NCBI GenBank assembly: GCA_030704615.1
Contig: CM060731.1
Coordinates: 2,914,001 to 2,978,000, forward strand
DNA: 64,000 nt
Direction: 5' to 3'
Origin: Takakia lepidozioides
Taxonomy: Eukaryota > Plantae > Bryophyta
The position numbers and the translations under genes are program-made. Positions within the stretch are counted from its first letter, which is position 1. Each line of letters opens with the position of its first letter. Positions 1 to 15,585 of the stretch are shown piece by piece. The notes below the pieces were generated by a model. It was not told the origin of the DNA and ran no database searches. It saw nothing but the letters and a program-made list of their open reading frames with translations.

Positions 1-255
1 CTATAGCCTACCCAACAGCCCTTTCCATGTTGGACACAAGGCTGAACACTAAGTTTACAGTAGACTTCACTAACTATGAACAGTACATTGAACAAAACTA
101 GGTAAATTGAAGCTATGTACCCGAGCTAAAGACACTGTGTTTGTGGATAGGACCAGCTACCCCACAATTAAAAGCATGGTATGAAACATAAAAAGGTTGC
201 AAGGGGACAAAAATTGTTTAACCACATGAAAGCAGGAAAAGAGTCAAGACCTAAC

Positions 256-2930
256 CTGGACTGCTGCCCGTCGGCCAGGTTGGGGGTGGGCTTCATGGTG
301 CCACCAGAGGAGCAAGCAACTATGGCTTTCGAACTCTTATCCAGCTTGGATCCCACATCTGTCAATCCACACACAGCAAAGGAAGGAAAAAGAGTGTGAG
401 GAGGGGGTACCTTGACTCCTTGCCTTCTGAGGAGGCCTGGTTGGGTCTAGTGGAGCCCCCCATGGTGCATACTACAACAATTGGCGACTCCTTACCAAGC
501 CTCCCCCCAACTTCTGTGCAAGGTCCAGGTTTTGCAAATTAACTCAGGGACTCCATTCTCCCCTAAAACTCTAAGCAGCATAGTCTTTCAAACAAAGCAT
601 ACATCAGGAGTACACAGGATAGGAAATGAGAATGACTGGGTGAAAAGGTCATAGCAACCACCCTGCGGAGCTTCGGAACTCCTCCATGCTAAGAGGCAGG
701 ACAAAGCAAGAGGCACAACTTCTCATCCTGCTGTTTGGATGCAAGGAGGGAGTGCACAGAGAGCAAGTAAATGTGGCCCTCTCCAAGCCCATAACTTTCC
801 TGAACTTGGCAGTCCTACAAGGTGTGTCATAAGCTCCATGAGCACATTTATTAAAGCGTAGGTTCAGAACAAAGTGGCCCATCTTGGCCAAGTGCTGGGT
901 AAGTCATTGCTAGACATCATTGTCATGATGTCTAGCAAGACATCATGACAAGAGCCCTAAACAGCTTGGTGCACCCATGCAATACAGATTGAATCCCAGC
1001 TTTGTTTCACAATTCCGGACACCACTATCCTGCTACTGCGTTTGAAAAGAAAAAGTAACTTCCTGTGTGAATGCTTGGTTCCTATCTAGTTTCCTCAAGG
1101 TAAGGATATAGAGGCTGGAACACACAATCCTAACTGCTGCCCAACTGAATTCCAGGGTAGTTGAAAGATATGAGATTTCCTGAATGCATGCTGATAGCCA
1201 ACAGAACTTGGAATTTGTAAGGCAGCCAGACATCAAACCAAGCAGTTTATATCACTTCTCCCTGTAACTCTACCATTGCCTGCTGAGAAATTCACACATG
1301 ACTTACAGTCAATTCTCAGCAGTCACACTTAGGAAGCCGTACATCTTAGTGACTGACATAAGATTGATCACAATATACTAAAACACAGTTCAAGAAACCT
1401 GCTAAGATCATCCAATCAACAGGTATTCATTATTTACAGACCTTTCAAAAACTCTGGATTCTCCTCCGTTCCTTGAAAGATCCCAAAGAAAGCAAAAGCT
1501 ACACGTCGAGCTACATCCCATGGTGTCCACTCCTTGATAAGCCGGTACAGCTGCACATTAATGGCCCCAGTTGGATGGATCTACAACCACACAATCCCCT
1601 CACTGTCATAAACGCTTCACAGCACAAAGTCTGTAGTATTAATCAGTCCTACAGATCTGCATGATCAAGGTTGCTCTTCAGTTTAGCTTTCCTGCAAACC
1701 CAAGTCACTCCATCAGTCCTCACTCTTAATGACAACTATGTAATAAGGGGTGCGATAGATACCTCAGCAAACTCACCCTCAGGACGCACATCAAGGATGG
1801 TGTAACCTTGTTCTTGCTGAAGCCGCAAGGCCTCCTTTACATTTACAGACCTCACCTGCCCAACAACAAGCCAAGCTCAAATGCATGAGTATAAATGCAT
1901 TCCAATGCCCTTCACTCTATGTAGAAAGCTACATGCTATGTGTACCGCCTGAGCCCTTTGTCCTTTCATGGGAACCTGTCAGTAGTTTACTGTACCTTGA
2001 GCTGAAACTAAAACAAGGACCCAGGGATATGGGGACAGATGGTACCCTATTCTTCAAAAGGAGTTCGCGTTTTAGCCTCCACTCTGTTTCAGCTGTCACC
2101 CAAGTCAAGAAATTGGCAAATTAGATGCAATGAGAATTTACTGCTCCCACATCTTGCTCAGGAAGTTCCAGCAAAAAGACAACTCCTATTCATCCAGCTG
2201 CATGTCTCCTGACTTGATATGGTAACTGTCCTGGCCCTCACACATGGTATAATCCCACACCACCCCCCCAAACAACGCGCTTGGTTCATCACTTGCCCTC
2301 CACACTATCTTACAAGCCTCTGTTGCCCACACAGCAGACACCTGAGTTGACTTTTGAACTGACTACTGCATTTATGCCGCAGGAGCTTGAACAATTCCGT
2401 AAGCTAACCCTCTACCCTCTGTACATCCGCTTAAGCGCGGTAACAAAGTGGGTACCTTCAGGGAGTAAGGTCTTCATCCAACCAATCCTTAGCATCTAGA
2501 AAATTAGCAGTTAATCTCCATTGTGATAGCCCCCTGGCCATGGACAAATTCAAGCAGAAGAGGGAGTAGGGATGAAATACAGATAAGAGAGGAATGCAGG
2601 ATGGGGGAACAACCCCTCTTTGGGAGAGAAAAAAACTGTTGATTTCCATCCGCAGACAAGTGAGAATTTACAGTACGACTCTTCTCCCAAACCATCTACT
2701 TAGCTACTCCGAAGACGGGTTATCGAAGCTGCTAGTGAAGTACCTGCTGATTTAGGAGGTCCAGCAGCAATGCTCCGCACTCTTAGTGGCGCCCATTTCC
2801 GACAGTATATCTGTTGAGAATACCCATATAAGACCTGTGTGTTGGATTGACGGAGGGTACATGCAGACTGCGGCCTCTGTGCTGGAGCTGCAATTGCTGA
2901 TGATAACATGCTCCCCACCGCCATAGCCAT
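256..2930 (-). CDS. STR14: Chloroplast rhodanese-like domain protein (STR14-like), 3' end outside window
   Basis: Phase-consistent GT-AG exons at 2930-2744, 2092-2046, 1855-1763, 1580-1442 and 358-256. They translate to a transit-peptide-like N-terminus, then AETEWRLKRELLLKNR|VRSVNVKEALRLQQEQGYTILDVRPEGEFAE|IHPTGAINVQLYRLIKEWTPWDVARRVAFAFFGIFQGTEENPEFLK|DVGSKLDKSSKAIVACSSGGTMKPTPNLADGQQSR, which closely resembles plant STR14. Confidence 0.9.
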
Positions 2931-4207
2931 CTTTTAAACCTGAAGTTTCTAGAGTGCAGCTAAAAAAGTAAGCACGCGCTCTCTTTCAGAACAGTCGCTG
3001 CGCTGCAATCTGTACACCTACCTCTTCGCAATCCCAGTGAACACGAAGTCTCTGGAAGACCCAAATCAGAGGGGATCAGTCAATCCAAGAAATTATCCTT
3101 TTACGAAAGCGTGGGGAACTGATTATGGCTGCAGCCCACATTCTCTCTTTCTCACTGTAAGCGCTCAACAAGGGCAAAAGTCACCGGATCACCGAGCTGT
3201 AAGAGCAGGGCCAGCTTCAAGGGTGAAATCTGCAACAGTGACTGTCCTGGAATGTGATTGGAGCTGCTAGATGGGCCTCTCCTCTAGATAAACTTAGTTT
3301 GCTAATTAACAAATTTAATCCTAAACCCGCTTGCTGTTTATATGACCTCACACTGGTTTTTTCCTTCCTCCTCGCTGCTTCTTTCTTGGCCCATCCACCC
3401 ATATGCTGCCACACCGATTCATCCCTCCTCTCCCTCCGGAGCTTGCCGCCGCTCCGATGCTCATGATTCAAGGCACACTAGCATCCCTGCTGAATGCTGT
3501 TTTGCCATGAATCACTTTGCGAGCGTGTGTACATTCGGATTCCGGAAGGTTGGGCATGTGCATACTGTCTAGATTACAATCCATAACTAAGCAAGCACAA
3601 CACCATTATGTTTGGTTCAAGTGAAGCAATCCAAGAAACTCCCAAGAGAATGAGTGCAAAAAGGCATGATGGAGTGAGCAACTTGTAACAACAGACCAAC
3701 CAGTCATGCATTGCAATCTATGGTATTGAAAAGTAAATCCACATCTCAAACCCTGACACTCTAGTCCACCAGGAATATGGGGTATCAGGCCTTTCAGATT
3801 CAATTCTAGTTAGCACCTCAACTTCTACTGACACCAAAATGTCAAGGAAGCAGTATTCATACTCTCCTTCACCATTGACTCTTAACATCATCAGCATATT
3901 CTGCAAACCAGGGGTTGCCCTTCCACCACATTCATTTCATTCATCCAGTATAAAGAGAACAAAAATTCAACAAACCAGGGCGAAACCATGCAAAACAGGG
4001 AAGGAGTCATCAAAGCAACATGAACCCGGATGAGCAGCTTTAGCTCCATTTGAACCTCAGCTAATGATCTCATACCACCCACAAATGTACTGTGTCTTTA
4101 ATACCATCTACAAAAGTGGGGCTCCTGTTTCATTGCGCACCACTTCCCCTATCATGTTTACAACCGCGCCCCCCCCCCTCCTTTTGCCTTCCGGTGCAAG
4201 CACCCCC

Positions 4208-7200
4208 TCAAGGACCAAGTTCATGGCTGTTGGTGCGACTAAGCACAGGGGTACTCTGCCGATGGGAAACTGGCCGCAAAAATTGCTGAGACACGTGATC
4301 AACCAGCGTTCCATTTCCATGGTGCTGAGTTTGACTATCATCTACGGGCATTCTTCGCAAAGCCAGATCCAATATGCTATTATTATCTACATGGGTCCAA
4401 TCACGCCGTCTTGGACTACCATCAGGTGTGCGCTGCGTCGGCGTACTCCACTGAAACTCTTTCCGTGATTCCATGTTCCCTCCCCCATTTAACAGAGCAG
4501 GGCTGCCATAACTTCCACTTTGTGTCCTTGCGATATTTCCTCCATAACCCTCACTAGGAAAGGAAGACAAGGCCCCATACACCCCATTAGCCAGCATAGG
4601 TGAACTGCCATAGCCTCCACCTTGAGGAGTAGAACAACCTGAGCTCATCATAGGTGTTGACATTCCACTGTAAACCTGGTGCACTGGTCGCGGCTGGACA
4701 TGCGGACTAAGTGCTGGTGATGCACCCATTGGCCCATGGCCACGTGGCGAGAGTTCACTGCACAATATCCCAGCAAACAACCTAGTCACACACCCTCTTC
4801 CTACCCTTTCGGGCAGTGTTCTCCCTCTGGAAATTTATCTTGAAGGATTGAAACATGAGGCCACGCGCATGCATTTTTCGTGAAGTGCCATTGAAACATC
4901 ATTTTCTCTAGTGACCAGAAGAAATTATTACGAGTGTCAAGAGGAGGAAAGTGCCGAGTGTCCCAATGTACCCAAAAAGTTCTGACCACCCCAAAATCTC
5001 TTCTCTCATCTGTTCCACACACTTATTTCAACCTGTGTCTTTTCCACCCCTCCCTTGGAGCAAACCCTTCCCAAAATTCAAACAAATCTCCACTACAACC
5101 AGTCATGCAAATATCGTTGAATTATATCTCCATGGATCAGATTACTCTAAGTTGTTCAACATAACAACCAGAAGGTCCTGACCAGTTGCAATTCAATTGC
5201 TTGAGCACAGTATCTTTGGCAAGACCACTGCAGCTTAGGCTCCCACATTTCAAAAAAGCACAAAATGGTCAACTACAGGAACACTGCAGGGTAACTACTC
5301 ATGGAAATGGAATCGATTTTTGACATTACCGTCAACAAAACTGATCTGACAAAAGTCACTTCTTAAAAGGGTAGGCAGATCAAAACCTTGAGGGCGAATG
5401 CAGCACCCTGGCTCTCCCTTGAGATGAATAAGCGCCTTCAACATCATGAGACGAATTTGGTCTGTGGCTCGCTGTCTGTGTCACATTCTACAATCCCCCC
5501 CGGCCTATACACTCAGACTTGTAACAAAAAAAATGCAACCACACATTCCAAGCTACCAGGCACAATCCATTTTAGAAAAGACAGAATTGAAATTCACTGT
5601 GATAACTCCAATCACAGCTACCGAGCAGAGAAAAGACTGAAGGAGCCTACCAGGGATCGTATCCCGTTGGTAGCAGAAGGCAGCAGATCAGCACCAGATA
5701 TTTGATCATCAGGTATGAACACCTGTGGTGCATCCCGCACGAAGGGATGCTCTAACAACTGGCCTGCAGTAGGGCGATCTTCAGGTCTTCTTTGCAAGCA
5801 CCTTCTCACAAAATCTTGCCCTTCTCTTGATAAAGTCAAGGGAATTGAGGGGATCTCCTTGCTATTCCCAATCTTGAACATGGCTGCAACCTGTCACACA
5901 CCTACCCCTGCTCAGTAGTGCCGATGTGCCAAATTTGCACTAGACATTCCTGGTGTATGTCCATCAGCATTGAACTTTCCCTTATCCATCCTGTGGCAGG
6001 ATAAGGAGGACTAGGCAGGGCAGGACTACTGTAGCTTCTTTCAACTAATTAAAGCCTAAACAAAGACAAAAAAAGGTGTAGTGTTTAAAAAGTGCATGCC
6101 CATCCAAAAGAGACTGACTAAACAATGGATAGGGAAAACCTAGGGTGCCTTAGTGCCCATCACTAAGCAACCCTGCCACATTCACACACAGCCCCAAAAA
6201 CATATCACAATCTCTTCTCACACCGAAAGAGCAGCTAAATGAACTCAGCTGTTCAGGTCATTCTATGCATCCAGATAGAAACATTCTTTCACAAGGAAAG
6301 ATACTTCATGTGGACAGTGACATGTTGAAAGAGTCTAACGAGGCAGGCTCATGTCATGCTCACCCCTTCATACTGGTGCCACGGAGGTTTAGTAGTTGCC
6401 ATCTCAAGCACAGTGCAACCTAGACTCCAGATATCCACTGCCAAATCATACCCATTTGTATGCTTGAACACCTGCCCACCCATAGTTTGAATCCTTTTAT
6501 TTTCTGAGAGAAGGGAAGAGACTTGTATTAAGCAGTCAAATTTCTGACTGACGGAAAACAAAGCGACCATTTGTTCCTGAAGCATGTTTTGGAAAACATG
6601 CTAATTAAAGCTCCAACTTTATCTTCAATGAACAAGCTACACCAATGAAGCAACTAGCATGCTCTTCAAATGTGATGGCCAGGATAATATCAGGCATACC
6701 TCAGGAGCCATCCAATATGGGCTCCCCTTGAAAGATAGTGGAAACGAATGTGCTGTTATCTGCCAAATCACCGCCACGGAACATGTCAAGCTAACATTGA
6801 CATTCTCCCTGTTTCTCAAACATGAATTATGTACATTCTATAGACCTCAACTTTTCATCTGAAGGGAGTTAAGACTTACATGCTTAGCCATGCCAAAATC
6901 AGCAAGCTTGACTCTGCCTTTGGGGTCTACGAGAATGTTTGCACCCTTGATATCCCTGCAGAATCATCCATTCCCGCATTAGCATGTGACAATGAAATAT
7001 GCAGTATATGGCCTCGTTCTCATGAGACATGACTTATATCATGTAAGATTTCATCCTCAAACAAAATGGAATCATAGAGCCCACCACTGAAATGACAGGT
7101 ACTTATATTGGTTATACTAAAGAGGATTGTGGCAAAAAGAACCTGTGGATGGTGTTCATGCTGTGCAAGTAGGCTAGGCCTGATAGAATCTGGCGAGTGT

Positions 7201-10200
7201 AGCTGCGGATGACTGGCTCTCTAAATGCGCCGTATTCCTGAAGGAGCTTGTGAATTGAGCCTCCTGATACATACTCTAAATATATATACAACCTGTCCTC
7301 CAACTGGCTCCACCTCCACAAACCCACAACATCAGCAGATCCCAGGCAGGCTGAAGCATTGTCTTACCTACCTTGCAACAGGATACTTGCTTCCAGTAGC
7401 ACTCACAAACATCTACCAGGTCTTGGATGAACACAACAATATCCTTCTGACATTGATGCAAACTGGAGAGTTATGTGTTGCTTAGAAACTGGGTACAGCA
7501 AAGGAAGGGAGACACATTTAGCAGAAAGTGCCATACCGAGTCAGTGCCAATGTACTGTACAATGTTAGGGTGCCTTAATTTGCTCAGGAGAGAAATTTCC
7601 TGCTCCACAACACCCACAACATCCTTATGGCCACACAGTTGATGAGCAGAGGGATAGAGCACAACACTTAACACAACTTCTTATGTACTCGTGCAAGTTC
7701 ATCAAATTTTATCTAATCTGACATGAGGAAATGAGAAACAGAGTTGATCCAGAAAGGCACAATTTTACAATCATCCCTGAACACCTCACAAAACTGAAAG
7801 ACTACCAACTAGAGTGAGCTGTGAAGTCAACACAGAAATGACATACCCGGCACCCCAGACCAGTCGCAGCCATGTAAACACAACACATGACGAGTAAATA
7901 AGAGTAAATAAGCACAGAAAACAAAAGGCCATTGACTAACCTGCCCTAGTTGCTTGACGCTTTCCTTGGATTTGGAGTCATCAGAAACCAAGAGAACTTC
8001 TTTCATCGCACAAAACGCACCACTGTCACTGCAACATAACCAACACATGTCACATATTTAAAGCAGTACGGATTAATTACCACAAACATGTCTAACCTAA
8101 ATGAAAATTGTCAACAGACAAATCCATGACTCAGGTGGAGGAAACGTTCTCAATCATGGATTCCTGACCTACAGATCCTTAACAGGACAATAAAGCATGT
8201 AGAAACGACAGACAAGATAGATGTCACCGAATGCAATCTCTTACTTGTTAAATCCAACATACACATTGCCGAAGCTCCCACTGCCAATCAGTTTTCCCTT
8301 TGACCACTTGGGTGCGGTCGCACAACAAGAAAGATCGATTCGAGTTGTGATGCGAGGGAGCGCAGTCGTTGGGGATTGTCCTGAAGGAACAGGTGAAGTA
8401 GGAAAGGGGGAACTACTGCTGCTTGACCGGGGAGGAAGGGGCAATGGGTGGCCACCACGCCCTTCCTCATGCCAGCTGGGGGTGGCCTCGAGCCCAGGCC
8501 CCCCCCCACCTGCCGCACGTGGATGCAGGGGAGAGACAGTGGTACTCGTCCCACGGCTGGGCGCTGGGCTGCGCCGGCGGGGGCTTGGGATAGGGGAGGA
8601 CTTCTCCTCCATTTGTTGCTGTGGCCATAGTGCTGGATCACCATGCGTCGAGTTGTAGGCTGAGGTGGCCCCCGAACGTGGACTGGAGGACTGACCTGAG
8701 CTTGGGAAACCAGGCTCTAGACCACGCTGCGCTGCCCAGAAGCTGCGGGGACTGCGCGCAGGGCTGGACAAAGAGCTTTCAGGTGGCGGTATCTGCAATG
8801 GGGGTGGTACCATTCCTTCGCCCAGCAACAGTGGGGGTCGTGCTCGTCTAGGAGAGGAAGCTGGTTGGACACCAGGGAGAGGACTACAGGGGCGTGACAG
8901 CTCCTGCCTGGAATTCTTTCTGCTGTGCCTTGGTGTGGATACTGCTTGTCCCATTCTGGCAAAGCCACAACACAGGCATGGACATCACATATTGCCTTCA
9001 CATAAGACATAATTGTTCTCTGGAAAGGATTGCATGTAAGCAAAACTGAGCCATGCACATCTACATGCATTGTGCAACCTTCTTTTGAACCAACCTGGCA
9101 TTTCCTGAGGAGGTTGCCGCACTAATGTGAACCATCATACAGGACTAGGGAACCATGTATGGGTGCAGATAATCATATATATCTCCCAACAAGCGATTGG
9201 ATCATTGGCATAAACTGAACCACAAGTTCATTAGCTGCGCATAGGCAAGGTTTGGAAACATCAAGGACAACAGTCAAGTGAACAGGCAATAATCATATCA
9301 CATCCCAATCCAGTGCAGCAAGACAAATGGGGATGTCCAAAGAGCAGACAACCTGCTCCTAGTCTAGTTGCTAGCCAACATCCAGGTCAAAATCATTCAG
9401 ATCATACAAACTAACATCAGCAAGGTTGCAGCTGAATGATTCAGGCTAGAACCCCACTACAGATGTAAGAGATTTATGAGAATTCTGCGGCACCAAAATT
9501 ACTTCCCAGAATCTGGCAAACATCCCTTTGAGAACTAAACACATGCAGACGTACAGTTTGCTGGGCAACAAGAGGCACTGCCAATGTGTTGTCTCTGAAG
9601 AGCAAGAGTAAAACAGGAAAACCAACGGAATCTGATCAACTGACAAGAGAAAGAGAAGAAACTGAATTGGAAAACTGAAACACCTTCTCCACATTAGCTT
9701 TTAAACACCATATTGGGGAAGATATGAACCAAGAGAACTGGTCAGTAGGAAAGAAATTTGAAGCAATCGGACCCTGCATTCAAGCATCGACATAAAAAGT
9801 AAAAGGCTTGGGTCAGGATTAATAACTTAGGAGAGGTGACAGAAGCCTTGACAAACTTACTGAGAGCCAGAAGAACGAGGTTGCTCCAGCGTTTCTACAT
9901 CCTGAGAGGGCCGCAAATTGGAATTGCGAGGCGGTTGCCAAGGGTCCACCACATCAACACTGCCAAGAGAGCTGACACTGGAAACTGAGCCAGAGGCGTA
10001 GTCCACTTCGCCAGCAATCTCTGCTGGGCGTGTTGTCGGTTGACCTGGGTGATGCGGCATCGCTCCTTGGGTGGGCGACAAGTGAGTTCCTGAGAATGTG
10101 CGCTCAATCCGATTTTTCATCGGGGGTGCACATGGCAGCGGTAAGGGTTGCCCATGTCTAGGTCGACGTTCATAACTCCGTGAAGTTGGTGAAGGCGATC

Positions 10201-10393
10201 GGGAGCCCGCTCCAGAGCCAGATCCCGCCTCCGAAGCCAAGTCCAGACTATGCCGTGATGCTCTGCTACTACCATCTTCTTCTGCCACCCGCTTAGGTTT
10301 CCTGCTATACCGTCGTGGCTGCCCAGCATCATATAGACCTCCTGGGCTGTTTTCCTTTCTAATATCCGGCTTGGCCCTACTCCACCAACCCAT
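4208..10393 (-). CDS. YDA: YODA-like MAP kinase kinase kinase (MEKK subfamily), about 11 coding exons
   Basis: N-terminus MGWWS..., Ser/Pro-rich regulatory region with HPLPLPP, and kinase motifs [26 protein letters not shown]|[27 protein letters not shown] and [19 protein letters not shown]. Approximate exons: 10393-9861, 8955-8245, 8028-7941, 7600-7537, 7303-7143, 6955-6880, 6759-6700, 6471-6364, 5890-5651, 5488-5387, 4758-4208. Confidence 0.9.
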
Positions 10394-11449
10394 CTTTGGA
10401 ACGCGCAAATGAAGAAGTGCGGGGAGCTAGGACTACCGAATGCAATTCTACGATCAACTAAACCACAGATTGTACTCAAGCCAAGGACATAGTTGTGTAA
10501 GACAGGAACCCATTGAGCTTATAGTCATCTCCCACCGCACAACTGGCTTGTGTGAGAGCAAGCACCGCGTGACTGGTTCCTTCCCCGCTCTTAAGAAATG
10601 AAAACCATGAGTCCATGACCAAGGGCTAGGAGGTCCAACAGATTAGGGGAAGAGATACAAGAAATAAAGTACGCACGTCAAGTGGAAGGCCTCGTGAACA
10701 GGGAGTGGCAGAGGCAGTGCGGCAGCAAAACAGGGCACTCAGTTGCCATATGCTACAGGAATTCTACGCGGTCACAAGAGAAGGTTCCTACGAAACGCCA
10801 CTGTATAGAGATTCAACCTAGTGCAAAGGAGCTAAGGAGGCAGAGTAGATGCCCAGGAACAACACAACCCAATTCTTGTGAGTTCAGAAAGGAGCGATTG
10901 TCCCTAAAGCGGTCACAAGGGGACGGTGGCAGCTTTGGCTGCACACACCGAAATAGCCTCTCGCCAAGGACCCGTCCTAACCCAAGAATACTCTACCGCG
11001 CGGGAGCATCGCATCCCGCATCCCAAGCAGAGCTGCTACGATCCAGCCAGTGAAGGCAACTCTTCCATGGAAAGCAGGTCACAGCATTGCAGCGATATCC
11101 AGCAACAAGATATGCCATCCTCAACAGAAGCTGCCTCCACTCTCGCCACCTTGACACTGCTCCCCGCAACCCACACACCGCCACCTCCCACACCCCAAAA
11201 ACATCCCCACACCAGCACAGCTAATCGAGCAACCACAGCCCCTCCCCACAAGGATCTCCCAGGCACTGATTTGAATGCTGTCGCTGGACCAGCCCTGCAT
11301 TTGCCTCACTCAAACACTTCCTACATTTGCATCAAGCCCATCCCCCAAAATCTCTGCTCACCCTCAGTGACCCATTTCCAAAATCCCTCACAGCATCACT
11401 TCCTTGCACTGGCAAGAGCATCCGCCCAGCTCGCTGCCTTCCTCCAACC

Positions 11450-11712
11450 CTCTCTCTCTCTCTCTCTCTCTCTCGCTCACTCTTTACCCCGTCACACACT
11501 AGGACAAAAACTCAGCAAACACTCTCAAAAGAGAGGACCTTGCAGGCAACCCTGGTTGCACCATCCTGCTCATCTCTAACCCTGGTTACAGCCTCCCATG
11601 GATGAACCAACCGGTCTGCATCCATCAAAGGTGCAAAACAGTTGTTCACTGACTGATTGAGTTCATTGCTTTTGCTTCTCCTCTTCTTCTTCTTCTTCTG
11701 CTGCTGCTTCTT
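11450..11712. repeat. (CT)n and (CTT)n/(CTG)n microsatellites in the 5' region of the YDA-like gene
   Basis: ctctctctc... at about 11450-11475 and cttcttctt...ctgctgctg at about 11680-11712. Confidence 0.8.
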
Positions 11713-14700
11713 CACTTTCCCCTATGCAGCACAGCAGGTTATATATATCCTTTTGACCTAGCTGCCCACCCTCTAATTCTGGTAGGAATGAAATTGATGC
11801 ATGCCAGGGAGTCTGTAACGACATTTTCCGGAATCAGTAACTTTTTCCTGTTACAAAAATATCGTCAGCAAAGTTCCATCAAACTCAGGTGGTTTAACCA
11901 ATGTGTTAGAAAGTAACCACAATGCACTTTTTACTTTGGTGTCTCTCTGCACTTTGTACTTGGAAATTTATGGTAAGTAATTGTAAATTATTTATAAACT
12001 CAAAAATGGTAACACATGATCATCGTTTAGGTATCAAGTTGCAGTTGCAGTGACTCGGCCAACTTGAGGCTCTTGGTCCCTTGAAATTGTGGTGGTGGCC
12101 CAGAGGTTGACCCTCTGGTCTTGGGTCCAATTCCCTCAGTTTTTGTCGCCTTCGGAGTCTAGCTTATAAATGAAAGGGTTTCCATCCCCTTTCGTTAATA
12201 AAATTTTAATAAAAAAGAAAGCTGGTTATTTTTTCCCTCTCTTCAAATGGCCGGCCCGCCTTTCGCACTGATGTGCGCAATCACTCTTGGGTGTTTTTTC
12301 TTAATAAATAAAACATGACTGCATTGTAGCTAATAAATCATGCTAAGTTTGAACAAAACATGTTTGCCAACTTATTTGAAGCTTTGATTTTACTTGAAGA
12401 GAGAAGCCTATTTGGGCCAAAGCCTCCGTAACTCTAAGAGCCCTTTTTCCTATTTGAATTTATAGAAGATTCATTGGTTTGTTTTTAGGTTGAATAAAGA
12501 TCTTGTCTAACTCCAACTTCACATATGATAGAAAAAGAAAGCCAACAAATAGCCCATTGGTTACGACACAAGGTCGCCTTAAAAATGGTGGGGGTTCAAA
12601 GCCCCATAGGTGTATGTTGGAGGTCACCCATTAGATCAAACCTAGCGATAAAAAGGGGTCTTTGGGTCAACCAGACACCTAATGTGTGGAACCCGGTGGA
12701 CTTTTGAGTGCAGTCATCTCTTCCAAATAAAAACCATAGTCTTTCGGGCGAAGTGACACCGCGACTCTCCCACTTACACATATATGTTATGATAAGTTAC
12801 ATTTGCTTCGAACCTTCTTCTTCATTTTTAATAGGAAAAGATTGTGGGCTGTCGCTCCCATATAGGGAAGACATTTTCTTAAAATCTAAATTTTATATTT
12901 TCTTGACAAAAATCTGTCAAGACAACATTTCACAATACATTCATGCTCAAATCGGGTCCCCTCTCTAAGCCCTCACCGCCTCTTGGTGGTTATTTCTTCC
13001 ACCCTTTCTAATTTATTCCAAGGCCTCTGTCCCCTGTTTTAAGAGAATTGTTTTTTTTTTAAAGTTCAAATAACTATGGTAATATACTGGCCTCTCATTA
13101 GCCCTTCTTGACCTCACTGAAGTAATGACATGGCTTCTGTACTTTACTGAATTCTCAAGTCACAATCCACCAAACTTTAAAGTTTCAAGGGTACCAGGTA
13201 CTAACCCCCTTCTGTAAATTTATTTAAGACAAACATGACATGTCTTACCTTGTACACAACAGACTTCAAAAAAATTACCAAGGTTGACGGCTGCGGAAAT
13301 GTGATCATGGCATTGCAAGGGAGGATGGTTTTATATAGTCTAACATGGCTCTGTTGATGTCATAGCTGGCATTGTAGTTGGACGAACATGAGTTGGCTCC
13401 CAAAACCTAGTTTTGGCTAAAATTCTTAAGCAATTATTGTCACATATCAAACAAGCATCCCAAAGTCCTTTACATTTCATATAATACAACAACGTCTAAC
13501 ACTAAATTGTCTTGAGTTTATAAACTGCATGTGCTTTGTTACATAATATCTGAGCTCAATTTGACTTCCACCACTCTATACATCAAAGTGACAATTTATA
13601 AAAAAAAATGGATTGGTATTCCTCCTACAAGTGCTGCAGCTGAAAAATTGATACTATGATTTCCTAATCTAAAGGCTAAATAGACAAATTATTGAGGTTT
13701 ATTTTACTTTACTAAAGAACAATTCAAATTTAATTTTTAGATTACAGCTTTATTTGAAGTAATCAAAATAGATGGACAAAAATAACGGACAAGTATTAGA
13801 ATATGGTTTAATAATGTGGATGAAAACTGGATGAAATTATTTTTGTCTTATAATCTATAATAGATGATACTCAGATGGATGATAAAGGAATGCAAGTTCA
13901 AACTCTAAATGCAGTAAAACCTAGTGTTAGGGTTTAAGAAATGGATGCGTTCATATTATAATGAATGTGGAAGTCCATAATGCAAAGGGAAATTCAGATA
14001 AAACTTATTTTTAAAAAAATTCTGACACGTGCAGTGTGCATATCACAGAAATAGGGCTTGGCATAAATACATCCATAGAAATGGATATATTCCTGTTTCA
14101 CCTCATCCGCCAACTGTTTTCCGAGTTATATTTACTCATGTGAAGGGTGTAGTTTTGTTATTAGCTATGACACATATAACTTAATGTAGGTCGATGCCAA
14201 ATGCTTTACTACATTTACTTGGATCTTTTGTAGCCAAATTTGAACTTGAAGGTAAAGTTGTAATTGTCTATCATTGGGTATAGGTCTTTATATTTAGGAT
14301 AATAAATATACCACATCTTAATCAAAGAACCCAAAAGAGAGAGAGAGAGAGAGAGAGAAAGGACAGCTAGGCAAATGTAGCCAAATGTATTGGAATATTA
14401 TTTCTACAGAGTAAATTGTCCTTGATGGAGTTTTCCTCTGAAGTAGCTTGATAGTAATCCATCATTGATCAAGTGACTCTTATTTGCCATAGCTTATTTG
14501 GGAGTTTCAGTTTCCATATATGATCAGCACTATAGGATGTTATGCATTATTGTAGCTGCACATAATGAATGAACCACAAAGCCACAAACAATGTGATGAG
14601 ACTGTTGAGTATGAGAGAGATGATATGATAAACACAGAGAAGGTGCTTGACACGGCCATCACACCCTCTCAGTTCTCAAACTGAATGATAACTGCCAACT

Positions 14701-15585
14701 ACAACCCTTAGTTAGCAACTAGACAGGAATCACCTGTGCAACTATTTTCTGCAAGTACTCCGGTCAGCTATATATCAAAGCTACTTCTGATCATCCTCTA
14801 CTGCACACTTCTTACCAGAAAAATGTGAAGCGCTTTGTTACCAGATGTGTTTATGTAATTAGAACAACGTACTGATCAACAAGCTTCTTCTTGGAATTCC
14901 TGTGGGTCTAGTTGGTCCTCGGACCAGGCCACTCAGATAACGTGTTGATCTAGACCCATCTTAGGATCTGGCAATAATCTTCATGGTTTCCTGCAACTGA
15001 TCGTAGAGACTCAGGTCCCTTCTCTGCAAGTCTGGATGCTTGTAAGTCTGCTTTCACTCTAATACGACCTCGGACCCTACGAGTTATGGCATTTCACCAC
15101 GTGGATTCGACTGGAGTTTTGTTTGGGGAATAAGGGATCCAATCAAACACGGGATGGGCATTCTAAGCTGGCAATGATCTCGACCCTCTGCAATCATGCT
15201 TTCGTGTAAGTGATGGTAGAGAAGCACGTCCCTTTCGTGCTAGTCTGGAAAGGTTGTAAGACTGTCAATCTTATACGACCTCGGACTCGGTAGGGACTCG
15301 GCTAGCTATTGCATTTCACCACGTGGCTTGGATTCGCATACGAGGATCGTAAGCATCTTAATTAACTTCCCTTTAATCAAAACTTTCCATACTCATCACT
15401 CCACTACCGAACACGTGTGACTCAATACGCCTCAAACATCACACTCATCATCCTGTCTTCCTAGCTGGGTAGATCACCACGTCTGATGGGAGGTTTTGTA
15501 CACAGATGTTTTATTCTGCAATTCTGCAAAGTGTGTCGTGCAATCATGTACTCGATTTGTTAAACTTTGCAAGTTATACTAAACC

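Noticed and set aside
10682-11605. 123-aa and 217-aa plus-strand ORFs
   Set aside because: Low-complexity, non-ATG starts, antisense to the YDA-like 5' region, and no recognisable domain.
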